From the IMG/VR virus record IMGVR_UViG_3300048026_000549, positions 1 to 62,667 of that record: a DNA stretch of 62,667 nucleotides. One strand, 5' to 3'. Every line of letters starts with the position of its first letter. The stretch's first letter is position 1. This DNA is from a virus. Lineage: Duplodnaviria > Caudoviricetes. A model generated the notes under the pieces. That model was not told the origin of the DNA. It searched no databases and worked only from the letters and a program-made list of their open reading frames with translations. Below, piece by piece: positions 39,921-50,416 of the stretch. A program made the position numbers and the translations under genes.

Positions 39921-40199
39921 CCTTCTTCGCCTCTTGCTTCTTGGCCTTTGGTGCGGCCTTCTTCACAGGGGCGGAAGTGATGTACTCGGAGAACATCTTA
40001 GGGTCAGCATCAGCGCCGACCAAGCAAAAAGTATCGAGTCCAAGAGCGACTGCTCGCTGGAGGTTCTCGACGCCGTTGTCCATAGCGATGTACACATCAC
40101 GCTTTCCGTGTTGTGCGATGGCCTTAGCCACCAATTTTTCGTCCATTTCTGCCAACAGTACTTTTGCCATAGTCATTCCACATCCCGTGTGTTTTTTAA

Positions 40200-40484
40200 T
40201 CATTCTTCTTCTTTTGTGTCCAAGTCACTACCACATGCAGGGCAGTGGGTAGGTGCTGGCACTTCATCCAACTTAGGATGTCGCAGTTCAGTACCACACG
40301 AGGGGCAAGTGATTGTTTCCAATAGTCCCAAGTGCGTCAAAAGACCGCCGAGAACCGCCATAATCTGCGTCATGTCCTCCGTCAGTGCGTTAGCGAGTCG
40401 GTTCATAGATGAGCCGAGGCTATGCACTGCTTCGGTGAGTTCTTTCGTTGTCATTTTGCGGGGTGTTCGATTTTCTTCAGTCAT
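40200..40484 (-). CDS. Coiled-coil + double zinc-ribbon protein
   Basis: CPSCG, CPACG; TATATA 23 nt upstream. Confidence 0.65.
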   Translation of the reverse strand: MTEENRTPRKMTTKELTEAVHSLGSSMNRLANALTEDMTQIMAVLGGLLTHLGLLETITCPSCGTELRHPKLDEVPAPTHCPACGSDLDTKEEE

Positions 40485-40514
40485 ATTACTCACTTTGCCT
40501 ACGCCACTATATAG

Positions 40515-42767
40515 TCATACCCATCGAACAGCACCAAGACCACGGTGGGCATTCCACAATTCCTGTGTACTCCACCCAACAAGGTCGTAAATGTCGCATG
40601 CTTTGTTGACAATGTATGTCTCCGTCATTCTCGCCCAGTCAATGGTACACACACCTTGCAGTTGCTCAAAATTGTCAAATGCAATGTGCTGTCCCCTCTT
40701 GTTGACGGCGGTTAGGAAAGCCTCATCGACCTCATAGTTGCGACCGAGGTTCTTTTTAGCCCATTCAGCACCCGCTGAGGCACCCGAAAGTACTTTATAC
40801 TGTGAAAGACGACGCTTCAACTTTCCTACCATCAACACATCCTCGGCAAGTTCACCGTTGATGCCCTTAGTGATGAGCCCACATACCTCAGTATCGACCT
40901 CATCTTGAGCCACACCATCGAGGATAGCACGAAGTATGGAGTCCATTGTGGACTTCATGGCCTTTGGCATCCTCGCTTGCTTGAGTTCAAGACCCTTGTA
41001 GTAGTATTCGGGTTCGTGCGACTGACCATCGGTCCATGTGACCTTGCCAGCGTAGCGGTTCTTGCGCTTGAGAATCATAGACTCACACCACTTCTCGAAC
41101 TCGGTTTCGATAGGAGCCATAGCCTTGTTAATTTCATCGACCAACAGCATCCCTTCTTCGGGACTTGGTACCTCACAAAATATAGAGTCAGTGTGTCCAT
41201 AGCGCACAGGATAACCACGCTCGTTGCATTCGTCACGCAGACGGAATAGGGTCTGTCGAGAAGTGTAGGTGATAGCGGCGGCTATATCGGGGTGGTACAT
41301 GCCGAACTTAGAATCACCGCAGATACCATAGAGAGAAGCGACCATTGATTTGGTAGCAAATTGAGCCCCATCCCACTTCTTGTAGGCGATGTTATCGCCA
41401 TCAGCCCGAGCCTGTTTCATTAGCGCCTTGTATTCGTTGCGCTTGACAGTCAACTTGTCCATAGTCCTACCAAGCAAGCCACGCTTGCCTTGTGTGAACT
41501 TAGCACCACTACCACAGTCCACACCCTCATCCGATAGAGTAGTCCAGCAGATGTTATGTAGATTTACATTGGAGTGGTACATGGCCTTGATGTCCATAAT
41601 AGCAATGTTGGTGTATCGTCCGGGCTCCGGCTCTTGAATATCAGCACCGGTGTAGTCTTGCTTCTCGAACTTAGCGGAGTCGGGTAGGCGTAGGTCGAAC
41701 TCATCGTCTTGTAGGAAGAGACTTGCCGAACAAGCGGTGATGAGGGGAGTCGTAGCCAACTGACACTGTACAAGATGTTGCATAGAGGTGTGATAACCCA
41801 CAGCATTTACTGCTTCATCCAAGCGGGGGAGTAGCCTCACATCCTGTTGGTTGTAGTCGAGGTATGTGCCTACATCGGAATAGTAGGTATCGTGGCCATT
41901 AGGCAACTCAACCTTTCTTTCTTGTAGCACATGCCAAGCAATATCGTCCAACTTCTGCGATGCCAACTGTCCATTCTTGATAGTCCACAGTCGCTTGAAT
42001 CCAACCATGAGGTCAAAGCAAAGTCGTCCCGGTATAGGTTGTGACCAGTGTTTGTCACTCCAATTGTACATGAAGTCGTGACGGTTGTACGGTGATAGGC
42101 TCTTGGGGTTAAGGCCCACAGCCCTCATGCGGTCACATATCTGCTTGATGTCAGCATCCACCACATACCAACCAGCAATGACATCGGGGTCATGCTTAGA
42201 CATCTGCGATGCAAAGTGAGCGAGTAGTTGTCGCTCGTTAGCAAACGCTCGTACAGGAGTGTCGAAATGAATCTCCTTGAGCCCATCCGGGTGGTCAGTA
42301 CAAGGTAGGGACTTGTGCAATCCCGGCTCGATGTCGGGGCTCGTGACCCATGTTAGCATCCGCTTGGTGTAGGAGTCCAGTACCGAGAGCATGGTGATTT
42401 CACCGGAGGTAGTCTTCCACTCACCGTCGAGATACCACACCCTGTGCTCGTAGTTAGGGATAGGGTCTTCACCCTTGACCAAGCGGTCATTAAGGACTTG
42501 GTTGGGGAAGGTTATGTTGGCCTCCCATGTATCGACATGCTTGGCCCATAGTCTTCTGTCGTACTCGGTACGGAAGTGTACCTTGTTCAAGCCCGTACCA
42601 TACAGTCCCTCATACCCTTCTTCGACTTTGACCAACCCATATCGGTCATTGACATTCTTGGCAAAGCAGTATGGGTATGCCTCGACGACATAATCCCTAC
42701 GCTCATTTGTTTCGGGGTTTCGAGAACGAATCCGTACCTTCCTACCACCAATATGTGTGACAATCAT
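40515..42767 (-). CDS. polB: Family B DNA polymerase
   Basis: Exo DGE and YNQQD; pol DIKAMYHS, KSMVASLYG, YGHTDS, KNRY. Confidence 0.95.
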   Translation of the reverse strand: MIVTHIGGRKVRIRSRNPETNERRDYVVEAYPYCFAKNVNDRYGLVKVEEGYEGLYGTGLNKVHFRTEYDRRLWAKHVDTWEANITFPNQVLNDRLVKGEDPIPNYEHRVWYLDGEWKTTSGEITMLSVLDSYTKRMLTWVTSPDIEPGLHKSLPCTDHPDGLKEIHFDTPVRAFANERQLLAHFASQMSKHDPDVIAGWYVVDADIKQICDRMRAVGLNPKSLSPYNRHDFMYNWSDKHWSQPIPGRLCFDLMVGFKRLWTIKNGQLASQKLDDIAWHVLQERKVELPNGHDTYYSDVGTYLDYNQQDVRLLPRLDEAVNAVGYHTSMQHLVQCQLATTPLITACSASLFLQDDEFDLRLPDSAKFEKQDYTGADIQEPEPGRYTNIAIMDIKAMYHSNVNLHNICWTTLSDEGVDCGSGAKFTQGKRGLLGRTMDKLTVKRNEYKALMKQARADGDNIAYKKWDGAQFATKSMVASLYGICGDSKFGMYHPDIAAAITYTSRQTLFRLRDECNERGYPVRYGHTDSIFCEVPSPEEGMLLVDEINKAMAPIETEFEKWCESMILKRKNRYAGKVTWTDGQSHEPEYYYKGLELKQARMPKAMKSTMDSILRAILDGVAQDEVDTEVCGLITKGINGELAEDVLMVGKLKRRLSQYKVLSGASAGAEWAKKNLGRNYEVDEAFLTAVNKRGQHIAFDNFEQLQGVCTIDWARMTETYIVNKACDIYDLVGWSTQELWNAHRGLGAVRWV

Positions 42768-42943
42768 ACTAACAAATCTGCTGTCGGCAGTATATAGATG
42801 TTCACAAAGGATTGTACAAGCAGTTGCACCACGGGACAGCCGTCATAAAATTCTGTATGGCGGCACTGTCAGCAGTCTTGTTCTCGTCCTTTCTCTTCAC
42901 CCTAATTATGCCGTCGCAATCGCAACACATAATCACTTGGTAT

Positions 42944-43270
42944 TTATTGTCCAGCGGAAGATTTACCACGACCTCGCCCCCTTGTGGGGATGTTGTGGCG
43001 TCGTAGCCAGTTCTGTATAGTCATTGGTGTGACCCCACACATACGGGCAATCTGCGCCATCGTACATCTATTGGTCACATAAGCATTAGTGAGCCAATGC
43101 TTGTCACGGAAATCATCATTTAGTGTCTTGACACTAACAGTGATTAGGTGTAGGGAGTCACACCCACTACACTCCATGCTGAGTTGTGTGTCAGCGAGTA
43201 CGCTCGCAATACTCCACGGTTCAGTCGTTCTATTTTCTGTATCGCACTTTTCACATTTCCAAGTTATCAT
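42944..43270 (-). CDS. Zn-ribbon + HTH protein
   Basis: CEKC..CSGC; TMAQIARMCGVTPMTIQNWLRRHNI. Confidence 0.75.
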   Translation of the reverse strand: MITWKCEKCDTENRTTEPWSIASVLADTQLSMECSGCDSLHLITVSVKTLNDDFRDKHWLTNAYVTNRCTMAQIARMCGVTPMTIQNWLRRHNIPTRGRGRGKSSAGQ

Positions 43271-43614
43271 TGTTTCACCTTCTTGTATTCTCTCGAGCCT
43301 TCCCCTTTGCGGAACTCGACGACTCCACGAGCAATCATAACTCGCATGAGTGTCCCTATCCGAACATTGGTTATCATCATAGAAGAACCACCCCTCGCAT
43401 CGTGCTCAAGGCACATGTGGCGCAGTTCATCAGTAGTGTACCACTGTTCTTCATCCATTTCATGGTGAATGACCATAGAGAGTATGATTCGCATTCTGCG
43501 CCTTCGGTCGGAGCCACGATAAATCCATCGCTTAAACACAGCATGTTCGCATGTGTCCTCGACCTGTTGCATACTGAACCCAGTGATAGAGTCGTATTTA
43601 TGACCAAGAGTCAA
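43267..43614 (-). CDS. Winged-helix-like protein
   Basis: YTTDEL...IGTLMRVMIARGVV; ATGA coupling. Confidence 0.55.
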   Translation of the reverse strand: MTLGHKYDSITGFSMQQVEDTCEHAVFKRWIYRGSDRRRRMRIILSMVIHHEMDEEQWYTTDELRHMCLEHDARGGSSMMITNVRIGTLMRVMIARGVVEFRKGEGSREYKKVKQ

Positions 43615-44418
43615 TCAAAGCACCCCGGATTGAAATACCCAGTCGCCATTTTCCATAGCGAGTAGTAGGCGGATGCCTTGTCCGTACTCCTTGAAGTCGA
43701 AAAAGCGCAACTTAATCTTGGTTGAGTAGTGCTTGGCGATGTTCTCCAAACCACCCTCATACACGGCTTCAAAGTCGTCCATAGTGTAGTCACCCAAGTG
43801 CACCTCAGTCAGTCCCTTGAAGGCACCTCCTACGGTCACGAAGAACTGATTGTCCTTGACGGAGAACTTGTAGCGGTTCAACTTCTGTCCATTCATACCA
43901 TCACACTGCAACGCACTGTACAACTCGTTAGCATCAACCTCAGCCGTAAAGAACGGGGGAATCACCTGCTTGTCGAGAGTCATGTAGGTCTTGCCGTCGA
44001 TAATCTGCTCGGCTCGCTTCAACGCTTGCTTAGACCACTCATCGAGAGTGTACTGACTGTTGGCAAATGCCTTAGCATCAAGACCACCAGTTAGCGTAGT
44101 CTGCTTGTTCTTCGACTTAACGACAACCTTGCCGGTGTCGTGGGTCAATTTAACATAGTCCTTGTCGTGGTGCTTTAGAACACCAAGCATGCGCCTAATG
44201 TCCGGCACAGGAATAGACTCATCCTCATGCTTACCCACTTCAAAAGAGAAGCGACTAAGCGAGGTCTTGCCATCCTTGACAATGCTGGTGGTACCTACCT
44301 TCCCTTCCGAGAGGATAAGTACGCACCCAGCAACTTGGTCTTGCGACTTGCCGTTGATATTCTGCTCCCGTAGCGTAGCCATGAGCAATTGCTCCAAAGC
44401 CTTGCGGGGTAGCATCAT
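43615..44418 (-). CDS. Divergent PCNA-like sliding clamp
   Basis: 267 aa, two-domain alpha/beta pattern, located between PolB and RFC. Confidence 0.6.
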   Translation of the reverse strand: MMLPRKALEQLLMATLREQNINGKSQDQVAGCVLILSEGKVGTTSIVKDGKTSLSRFSFEVGKHEDESIPVPDIRRMLGVLKHHDKDYVKLTHDTGKVVVKSKNKQTTLTGGLDAKAFANSQYTLDEWSKQALKRAEQIIDGKTYMTLDKQVIPPFFTAEVDANELYSALQCDGMNGQKLNRYKFSVKDNQFFVTVGGAFKGLTEVHLGDYTMDDFEAVYEGGLENIAKHYSTKIKLRFFDFKEYGQGIRLLLAMENGDWVFQSGVL

Positions 44419-44672
44419 CGAGGCACACCGCCCGAGATGTAGTGTGTGAAGACGGATGCCGGAGCGTCGTGTTGCTCTTGTAGTTCTTGCACTGCGGCGA
44501 GAATCTTGCCGAGGTTAGGTATCTCTTCGACCTCGTGCTCCAAATCAGCAATGCGTACTGACAGGAGGTTAAGGTGTTCTTGTAGCAGGTCGAGGCGCTT
44601 GGAAACCAGTTCGGAGTTGATTTGCAGTTGCTTGAACGCCTCAAGGATGAAGTTATCTCTTGTGTCGCTCAT
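44415..44672 (-). CDS. Coiled-coil protein
   Basis: Leu heptads; tightly coupled to neighbours. Confidence 0.6.
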   Translation of the reverse strand: MSDTRDNFILEAFKQLQINSELVSKRLDLLQEHLNLLSVRIADLEHEVEEIPNLGKILAAVQELQEQHDAPASVFTHYISGGVPR

Positions 44673-44673
44673 T

Positions 44674-45603
44674 TCACTCCCACCCGAATGGTAGTCCTTC
44701 CCAAGAAACACTGCCGCCTTTGACCGACATAACATCGTATCGCTTGCCCAAGTGCTCCATGTTGCGACCTTTCATCTCATTGACAGTAGCACGGATGATG
44801 AAGTCCCCTTCGTTAAGGCTCTTGTCAGCCTCAACACCAGCGGTCTTGTCACCCTTCTTTGTGTACCGTCGTAGCAGAATCTGCTGACTGACGAATCGCT
44901 GAGTACCATCGACCCAATCGACAATCTCGCCAATCTTCATCATGGCCTTTGTGCCGTTGCCGACATCCATGAACTGCTTCTTGTCCTTCAAGTGGAAGGT
45001 GAAGAAGATGTAGGGGATTGGTAGCGCAGTCAAGCGGTTAAGGACACCCTTAAACACACGGTTGCGCTCTCGCCATTCCTTTTGGTTGAAGTTGTCGCTG
45101 TCGTCCTTGATAACGCCACGCTCAATCAGTCGCTCAGTCATAACGAACTCGCACCACTTTAGGAAAGTGGAGCCGCCGTCCATGACCACTGCGCCGATAC
45201 TTTCGTGTTGCTCACCCAAGTAGGAGGTGAACCATTCCAACTTCTTGACTACTGCGAGCCAGTTGGTAGTGTTGTCTTCATTCCACATGGCATCATCCAT
45301 CTCGTCGATGAGGGGAATGACACGGATGCGGTCTGCACCATCTACTTTGTTGGAGAGTAGCAGGTCAACAGTGTTCTGTGCCGAGTTGTCGCAGTCGAGG
45401 ACAATGATTTGCTTGTCCGTGTGCTTGAGTGCGAGGTCAAGCGAGAGCCCGGTCTTGGCCGTGTTCTCCTTGCCAACGAGGGCCATGCGGATAGGAGCGT
45501 GGTTCTCACGCTTCTTCTCGAACAGCGCCTTGTAGTAGTCAGCACCGTAGGTAGGTTGCTGACCCTTGCTTGCGGTAGGTTGCTCACTCTTCGCCCAAGC
45601 CAT
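44674..45603 (-). CDS. RecA-fold P-loop ATPase (Sak4/RadA-like recombinase candidate)
   Basis: Walker A GKENTAKT, LDCD, Walker B VVMDG, FTFH; adjacent to SSB. Confidence 0.7.
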   Translation of the reverse strand: MAWAKSEQPTASKGQQPTYGADYYKALFEKKRENHAPIRMALVGKENTAKTGLSLDLALKHTDKQIIVLDCDNSAQNTVDLLLSNKVDGADRIRVIPLIDEMDDAMWNEDNTTNWLAVVKKLEWFTSYLGEQHESIGAVVMDGGSTFLKWCEFVMTERLIERGVIKDDSDNFNQKEWRERNRVFKGVLNRLTALPIPYIFFTFHLKDKKQFMDVGNGTKAMMKIGEIVDWVDGTQRFVSQQILLRRYTKKGDKTAGVEADKSLNEGDFIIRATVNEMKGRNMEHLGKRYDVMSVKGGSVSWEGLPFGWE

Positions 45604-46799
45604 CAGTCCCACCCCTCAGTGTCTGCGTCCCCGAGGTCTGCTGAAACAGCCATCGACTCAGCACACCACCAGCCGGTAGTGACGAGGCGAGCCTCATTGT
45701 CACGGCTGATGTATGGTTGTCCGAGAACCATGAGCGTTGAACCGACACCGAAGTCCACTTGGGATTCGTGTGCCGCAGGGATGTAGATGTCCACAGTGCC
45801 AGCAGTGGACATGATGTCCAAGTCGCCAACAGTTAGGATGTACCCACCGTTGTCACGAGGGTCAATGTGAATGACCTCGACGATAACAGACACGAGTGCA
45901 TCCCACTTCTCTTTGTCGCTGAGTCCGTGGACATACGACTCGATACCCTCGAGTCCTTTCTCAAGTCGGTGAACACCATCGTAGTTCATGGTGTCCGGTG
46001 AGTCACTGAACACCGATTGTAGTGCGTTGTCAACAGCGAAGGTCGAGACACCCGGCTTGGCGTAGGCAACATTGCCGTTGCGAGCAGGTCGCATGGCGAT
46101 TGTACCGGGGACAAAGGTAGGTTGGTCAGTCTCAGCCAAGTTGCCGTTGAATCGGAAGGAGAACATCTGCACATCCGTTTCACCTTGCTTGCGACCCAAG
46201 AAAGTACAGGTTCGGTCCTTCTCACTGAGAGGTCGGGCCGCACCGTACTTGAAGTTCTTGTCGCCGGATGGGAAGGTGGCGCTGTTCTTGTCCCACACAA
46301 GGTGGAAGTGAAGACCATTGCCAGCGTCGTAGGTGTCCTTTGGTAGCGAAGTGATTTCAACCGTAGCCATCTCCGGCTCGAAGGATTGCTTTGCGGCAAG
46401 CGAAGGGTTGTAGGACTTAGTGAATGTCCCATCGTTGTTGTCTTCGTACACTGTCGCAAGTCCGTCAGTGACCATAGCCTCAACGACTGCTTCGCCGCCA
46501 GTGCTTAGGGTGGTGCCCGCTTTCTTGTAGGCCATTTGAGCCCAGTCTTTGTATCGTGGTGCGCTAATGAACATTCCTTCAAAGAGTGTTGCGCCGGAAC
46601 GCTTTAGTCGCTCTCCTTCGCTCTTCACTTGTCGTCCGGCAATTCTTAGTGCTTGCACTTTGCAGTCTTCTTCGGTCTTACCCGAGTCCATCCAAGCAGT
46701 ACAGTTCTCACTGTACACACTCTCCATACGCTGTTGTAGCGCATCAATCGTGCAGTTCACATTTTTGGCAATTCGTTCAATCATCTGTTGTAGTTCCAT
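45603..46799 (-). CDS. RPA-like ssDNA-binding protein
   Basis: OB-fold-like C-terminus (LTVGD..FGVGSTLMVLG) with acidic tail ending EGWD. Confidence 0.6.
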   Translation of the reverse strand: MELQQMIERIAKNVNCTIDALQQRMESVYSENCTAWMDSGKTEEDCKVQALRIAGRQVKSEGERLKRSGATLFEGMFISAPRYKDWAQMAYKKAGTTLSTGGEAVVEAMVTDGLATVYEDNNDGTFTKSYNPSLAAKQSFEPEMATVEITSLPKDTYDAGNGLHFHLVWDKNSATFPSGDKNFKYGAARPLSEKDRTCTFLGRKQGETDVQMFSFRFNGNLAETDQPTFVPGTIAMRPARNGNVAYAKPGVSTFAVDNALQSVFSDSPDTMNYDGVHRLEKGLEGIESYVHGLSDKEKWDALVSVIVEVIHIDPRDNGGYILTVGDLDIMSTAGTVDIYIPAAHESQVDFGVGSTLMVLGQPYISRDNEARLVTTGWWCAESMAVSADLGDADTEGWD

Positions 46800-46847
46800 G
46801 TCTAAACCTCTATTTTCTTATCTATCTCCGCCACTATATAACCCTGT

Positions 46848-47744
46848 CTATTCTGCCAATCGGCGGCAGAAATCCCACACAACATAGTGCTCATCCACAC
46901 CACTCAACAAGTCCCGTTGGGCTTGTGTAGCGGCATCGACCAACAGCAATTTGCTTTGGCTTTTGGCTGGAGATGAAACACCGTATTGGAATACAGCGTC
47001 TATGGTTCTGCGTAGGTTGTCTTGGCCCATCAACTTAACGGCTTCCTCGACCCTACTTTCCTTGATACACAGTGTTAGGATGCGAGCCGCATCGACCACT
47101 GGCTCCGAGATGGAGCGGAGGAATTGTCCTCGAGCATCGGGAGAGATGGAGTGGTAGGCTTGTAGTGAATTGATTGCGTTGCGAAGGTCGCCCTTGTTAG
47201 CGGAGATGATGGCATCCAAGTCCTCACTGCTTGTAGTGAAACCTTCGGCGGCATCGACCTTGTGTAGTCGGAAAAACATCTCGGAATCTGTGAGAGGTTT
47301 GAAGTGTCGGACTTGGCAACGAGATTGTAGCCACGGTGACAACTTGCTTAGGTCATTGCAGGTGAGAATGAAGTAGCCTTGAGCGCCTTCAATAACACCC
47401 TTGAGAGCCGACTGTGCGGCGGGAGTTAGTTGGTCTGCTTCGTCCAAGAAGTAAATGGTTTCCCATTGACCAAGACGAGTCATAGGTGCCAGTTCCTCTT
47501 CGATGAACTCGATACCACGCTGTCGCTTAGACGACGCATTGTACATGTGGATGTGATAGCCAAGTTGCGTGGCGAGTATGTGTGCGAGACTGGTCTTACC
47601 TGTACCCGCCTCAACAGAATAGAAGATGTAGTGTTGCATTGGCTTGCCATCGAGGATGCCCTCGAACTCCGATGCAATGTGTTCTTGACCCATGAACTCA
47701 TTGAGAGTAGTAGGTCGGTGCTTGGTAGCCCATACTTGCTTCAT
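46848..47744 (-). CDS. rfcS: Replication factor C small subunit (clamp loader)
   Basis: WATKHRP, GTGKTS, NAS..RGI, LDEAD, QSRC, GDLR. Confidence 0.95.
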   Translation of the reverse strand: MKQVWATKHRPTTLNEFMGQEHIASEFEGILDGKPMQHYIFYSVEAGTGKTSLAHILATQLGYHIHMYNASSKRQRGIEFIEEELAPMTRLGQWETIYFLDEADQLTPAAQSALKGVIEGAQGYFILTCNDLSKLSPWLQSRCQVRHFKPLTDSEMFFRLHKVDAAEGFTTSSEDLDAIISANKGDLRNAINSLQAYHSISPDARGQFLRSISEPVVDAARILTLCIKESRVEEAVKLMGQDNLRRTIDAVFQYGVSSPAKSQSKLLLVDAATQAQRDLLSGVDEHYVVWDFCRRLAE

Positions 47745-47776
47745 AGATACTCATGTATCTACGCCACTATATAATG

Positions 47777-48181
47777 CTACTGACGAATACAGGAAAGGCA
47801 CTCGTCCGATTGCTCCGGCATAATTCGGGTGCGACCACAAGAAGGGCACTGCGTTGCTGTCTTGCGTTCTTTGGGAGTCATAACTGAGATTGGTCGAGTC
47901 AAGATTAAGTCCCCCTTGTCTTTGATAACGGCTCGGTCAATGTCGAACAGCATGTGGTGAGTGTTGATACCTATGGTCATTTCGACCTTCTGCCTACCGA
48001 CAATGACCACCTGCGGATTCTTCGACATGAGAGCAGAAATGCTATTAGGAGAAGGGACATTCTTGACACCCTTGTATGTTTGCAGGTACTCAGCAACTTC
48101 TTCTCGTGTGGCTGGTCCATGTTCGAGCAGTATTTCCACTATGGCTCGACGGACTCGCTTGTTGTTGTTATTAGCCGACAC
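47777..48181 (-). CDS. wHTH + Zn-ribbon protein
   Basis: AIVEILLEHGPATREEV; CPSC..CLSC. Confidence 0.65.
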   Translation of the reverse strand: MSANNNNKRVRRAIVEILLEHGPATREEVAEYLQTYKGVKNVPSPNSISALMSKNPQVVIVGRQKVEMTIGINTHHMLFDIDRAVIKDKGDLILTRPISVMTPKERKTATQCPSCGRTRIMPEQSDECLSCIRQ

Positions 48182-48374
48182 ATATTATGCTATAAGCATT
48201 GGGTCCATAAGGTTCATTCGTTGTTGTACATGTTCAAGAACATGGCAGACTCGCCCAATGAACTCGCCTCGTACTCGCTAAAGTGGTACGGTTCATACAC
48301 ATGGCTGACATCTGCTTGTAGGACTGGTATGACAACTTGCCATACCAACCACGCTATAAAAATAATAAATGAAA

Positions 48375-48755
48375 TCATTCCCACACCACCATTCCGTCAG
48401 CGTTAGGTTTGATTTGCGGGCCCAAGTGACCACCAAAGAACACTCCATCAGCAATGTATGCCCATGCGTTGCGGTCGGTACTGTTGTGCATTTGCAGTGC
48501 GATTTGCTCACGAGCGTACATGCCGACCTCAACACCTTCGAGGGCGTCCACTCTATCAAGAGCCTCATCGGAGATGGCCCACACCTCACCAAACACCTTA
48601 TTATCCCCAAGCATCATGGCGGGGAAGGCACCAACACTATGAAGTTCAGCGCCATAGGTGTTAGCGTAGTCCACGAACTCAGCATCAGCGCCGAGCACAT
48701 GGTGGTTGTAGTGTCCTTTCTTGAGAGTGCCGTACACAAACACAGTGTGTTTCAT
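48375..48755 (-). CDS. Gamma-glutamylcyclotransferase (AIG2-like)
   Basis: VFVYGTLKKG..NH, FPAM, VFGEVW, DALEG, AWAY. Confidence 0.9.
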   Translation of the reverse strand: MKHTVFVYGTLKKGHYNHHVLGADAEFVDYANTYGAELHSVGAFPAMMLGDNKVFGEVWAISDEALDRVDALEGVEVGMYAREQIALQMHNSTDRNAWAYIADGVFFGGHLGPQIKPNADGMVVWE

Positions 48756-48793
48756 GCTTCGTTCATCATCTCGTGCGTCGTGTGTTAGTGTCT

Positions 48794-49462
48794 TCAAATC
48801 CATTGTATTACCTTCTGTTGTGTTTTGTTTTGTCCTTTCGGAAGTGCTTGGTTGTCGTTAATGCGAATCTCATTCGTCACAACGATGTCATTGTTGACAA
48901 TGATGTCCAAGTGTTTGTCTGTTCTTCTCATACCGCTCGGCAGTATATAGTCACTGCGCTTGCTCTTGGGTGGCCACTTGAAGCCACGGACAGGCACAAT
49001 ACCATAAGCGATTGCGGCACGAGTATAACTGTCATGTAGTGTGAATTTGCATCGAGCCAATAGCCTACCGAAGCCAATGTCATTGACATTGACCTTGATG
49101 AAAGCGTTGGCGAGAGCAAGGGGAATAGGAGAGAGGGCACTGTGTGCACGGTCACGGTCAGCCCAGCATAGGGCGGCTCGCATCTTGCGGGAGAAGTCTT
49201 CCTTCGCTACTCGAGAGCGTTGGTCCACGATAACACAATCATCACTCTTCTTGGTTAGCCGTGGCATCTTACTACTCACGACCACCATGCGATGTGGTAC
49301 TACCTGCGCCCAGTACAGGGCATCGCTCTCAGTGAACTTGTCCGTGTGGAAAATGTAGGTGGTGTTTGGTTGGGTGGGGGAGATTGTCATTTGACCGTAC
49401 ATAACGAAGTAGTCCCCGGTGCGGTATTGTGTGTCGTCTGTTGTGAAAATTATTACTCCCAT
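48794..49462 (-). CDS. Hypothetical protein
   Basis: 222-aa ORF within the replication operon. Confidence 0.6.
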   Translation of the reverse strand: MGVIIFTTDDTQYRTGDYFVMYGQMTISPTQPNTTYIFHTDKFTESDALYWAQVVPHRMVVVSSKMPRLTKKSDDCVIVDQRSRVAKEDFSRKMRAALCWADRDRAHSALSPIPLALANAFIKVNVNDIGFGRLLARCKFTLHDSYTRAAIAYGIVPVRGFKWPPKSKRSDYILPSGMRRTDKHLDIIVNNDIVVTNEIRINDNQALPKGQNKTQQKVIQWI

Positions 49463-49762
49463 GTGTTCAACCCCGATGAATTTGTTAGTGCCCAGTGAAT
49501 CAATCGGCGCATTTGGTGCGGGGTCAATCCCCACACCTCACGAATCGACTTCGCAGGGACTTGATAGTCTGCTACAAGCCACTGATAACCATTCGCATTG
49601 TCGGCCAAGACAATGCTTATACCATCCTCGGCCATTGAAGCCGCAAGAGCAGGGAACTCCGACTCATAGATGGGTCGAGTAAAGAGCATGTTGGCACTCT
49701 TACTACGCCATTTTTTCATACTCATTCTTCTTCACCATCCATCATCCAGTCCCACTCACGCT

Positions 49763-50416
49763 TCACTCAATCACCTCGAAGTCTGCGTCGTCGTAGGACA
49801 TGACTGGCGCTTGCATAGTAGCAAGTCGCAATTGGATTTGGTCAAGGTACAGCGGCTCGTTGCGTAGTACCTCGACAAGAATACCCATCATGGCATCGAC
49901 CTTGCGGTCGGCAAGTAGCAATTGGGAATCGACACCGATTTCACTTTTCAATTGACCTACCAATTTCAAGAAGCCTTGTCCTTGTGACAGCAATTTGGTA
50001 GCGTCACCAATCCATTCGGAGGTGAGCCCCTCAGTGACCTTGCGTTGCTCGAGTTCATCAAGCCACGACACGAGTCGCTGGACAAGGTTCTCAGCCACAT
50101 TGAGTGTGCTGATGGACTCATCACGCATCTGCTCGATGTGAGATGCTTCGTTGGGGTCGTATTGCAGGTGTTCATCCATGTGAGTCATGACCGTACCGAC
50201 AGGCCATGAGTACTTCGACTCAAGGAATGTGCTTGTCATTTCACCACGATGAATCTTGACCTCAACATCACGCTTGTTTGCCAGTTGGCACACAGCACAG
50301 TTGTTGTCCTCAATGACCCACTTAAGTGCACTGCTGGCAGAGATTTGTGTAGGTGAGGCGTGAGGCAATTCGGGGTACTCATTTATCCGGTCTTGGATTT
50401 GTCGTCGAGTCTTCAT
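49763..50416 (-). CDS. CxxC-HTH-H helical DNA-binding protein (possible TerS)
   Basis: CAVC...VMTHMDEH followed by long amphipathic helices. Confidence 0.45.
   Translation of the reverse strand: MKTRRQIQDRINEYPELPHASPTQISASSALKWVIEDNNCAVCQLANKRDVEVKIHRGEMTSTFLESKYSWPVGTVMTHMDEHLQYDPNEASHIEQMRDESISTLNVAENLVQRLVSWLDELEQRKVTEGLTSEWIGDATKLLSQGQGFLKLVGQLKSEIGVDSQLLLADRKVDAMMGILVEVLRNEPLYLDQIQLRLATMQAPVMSYDDADFEVIE

Noticed and set aside
39793-40590. 265-aa + strand ORF and other antisense ORFs
   Set aside because: Shadows of well-supported genes on the opposite strand.
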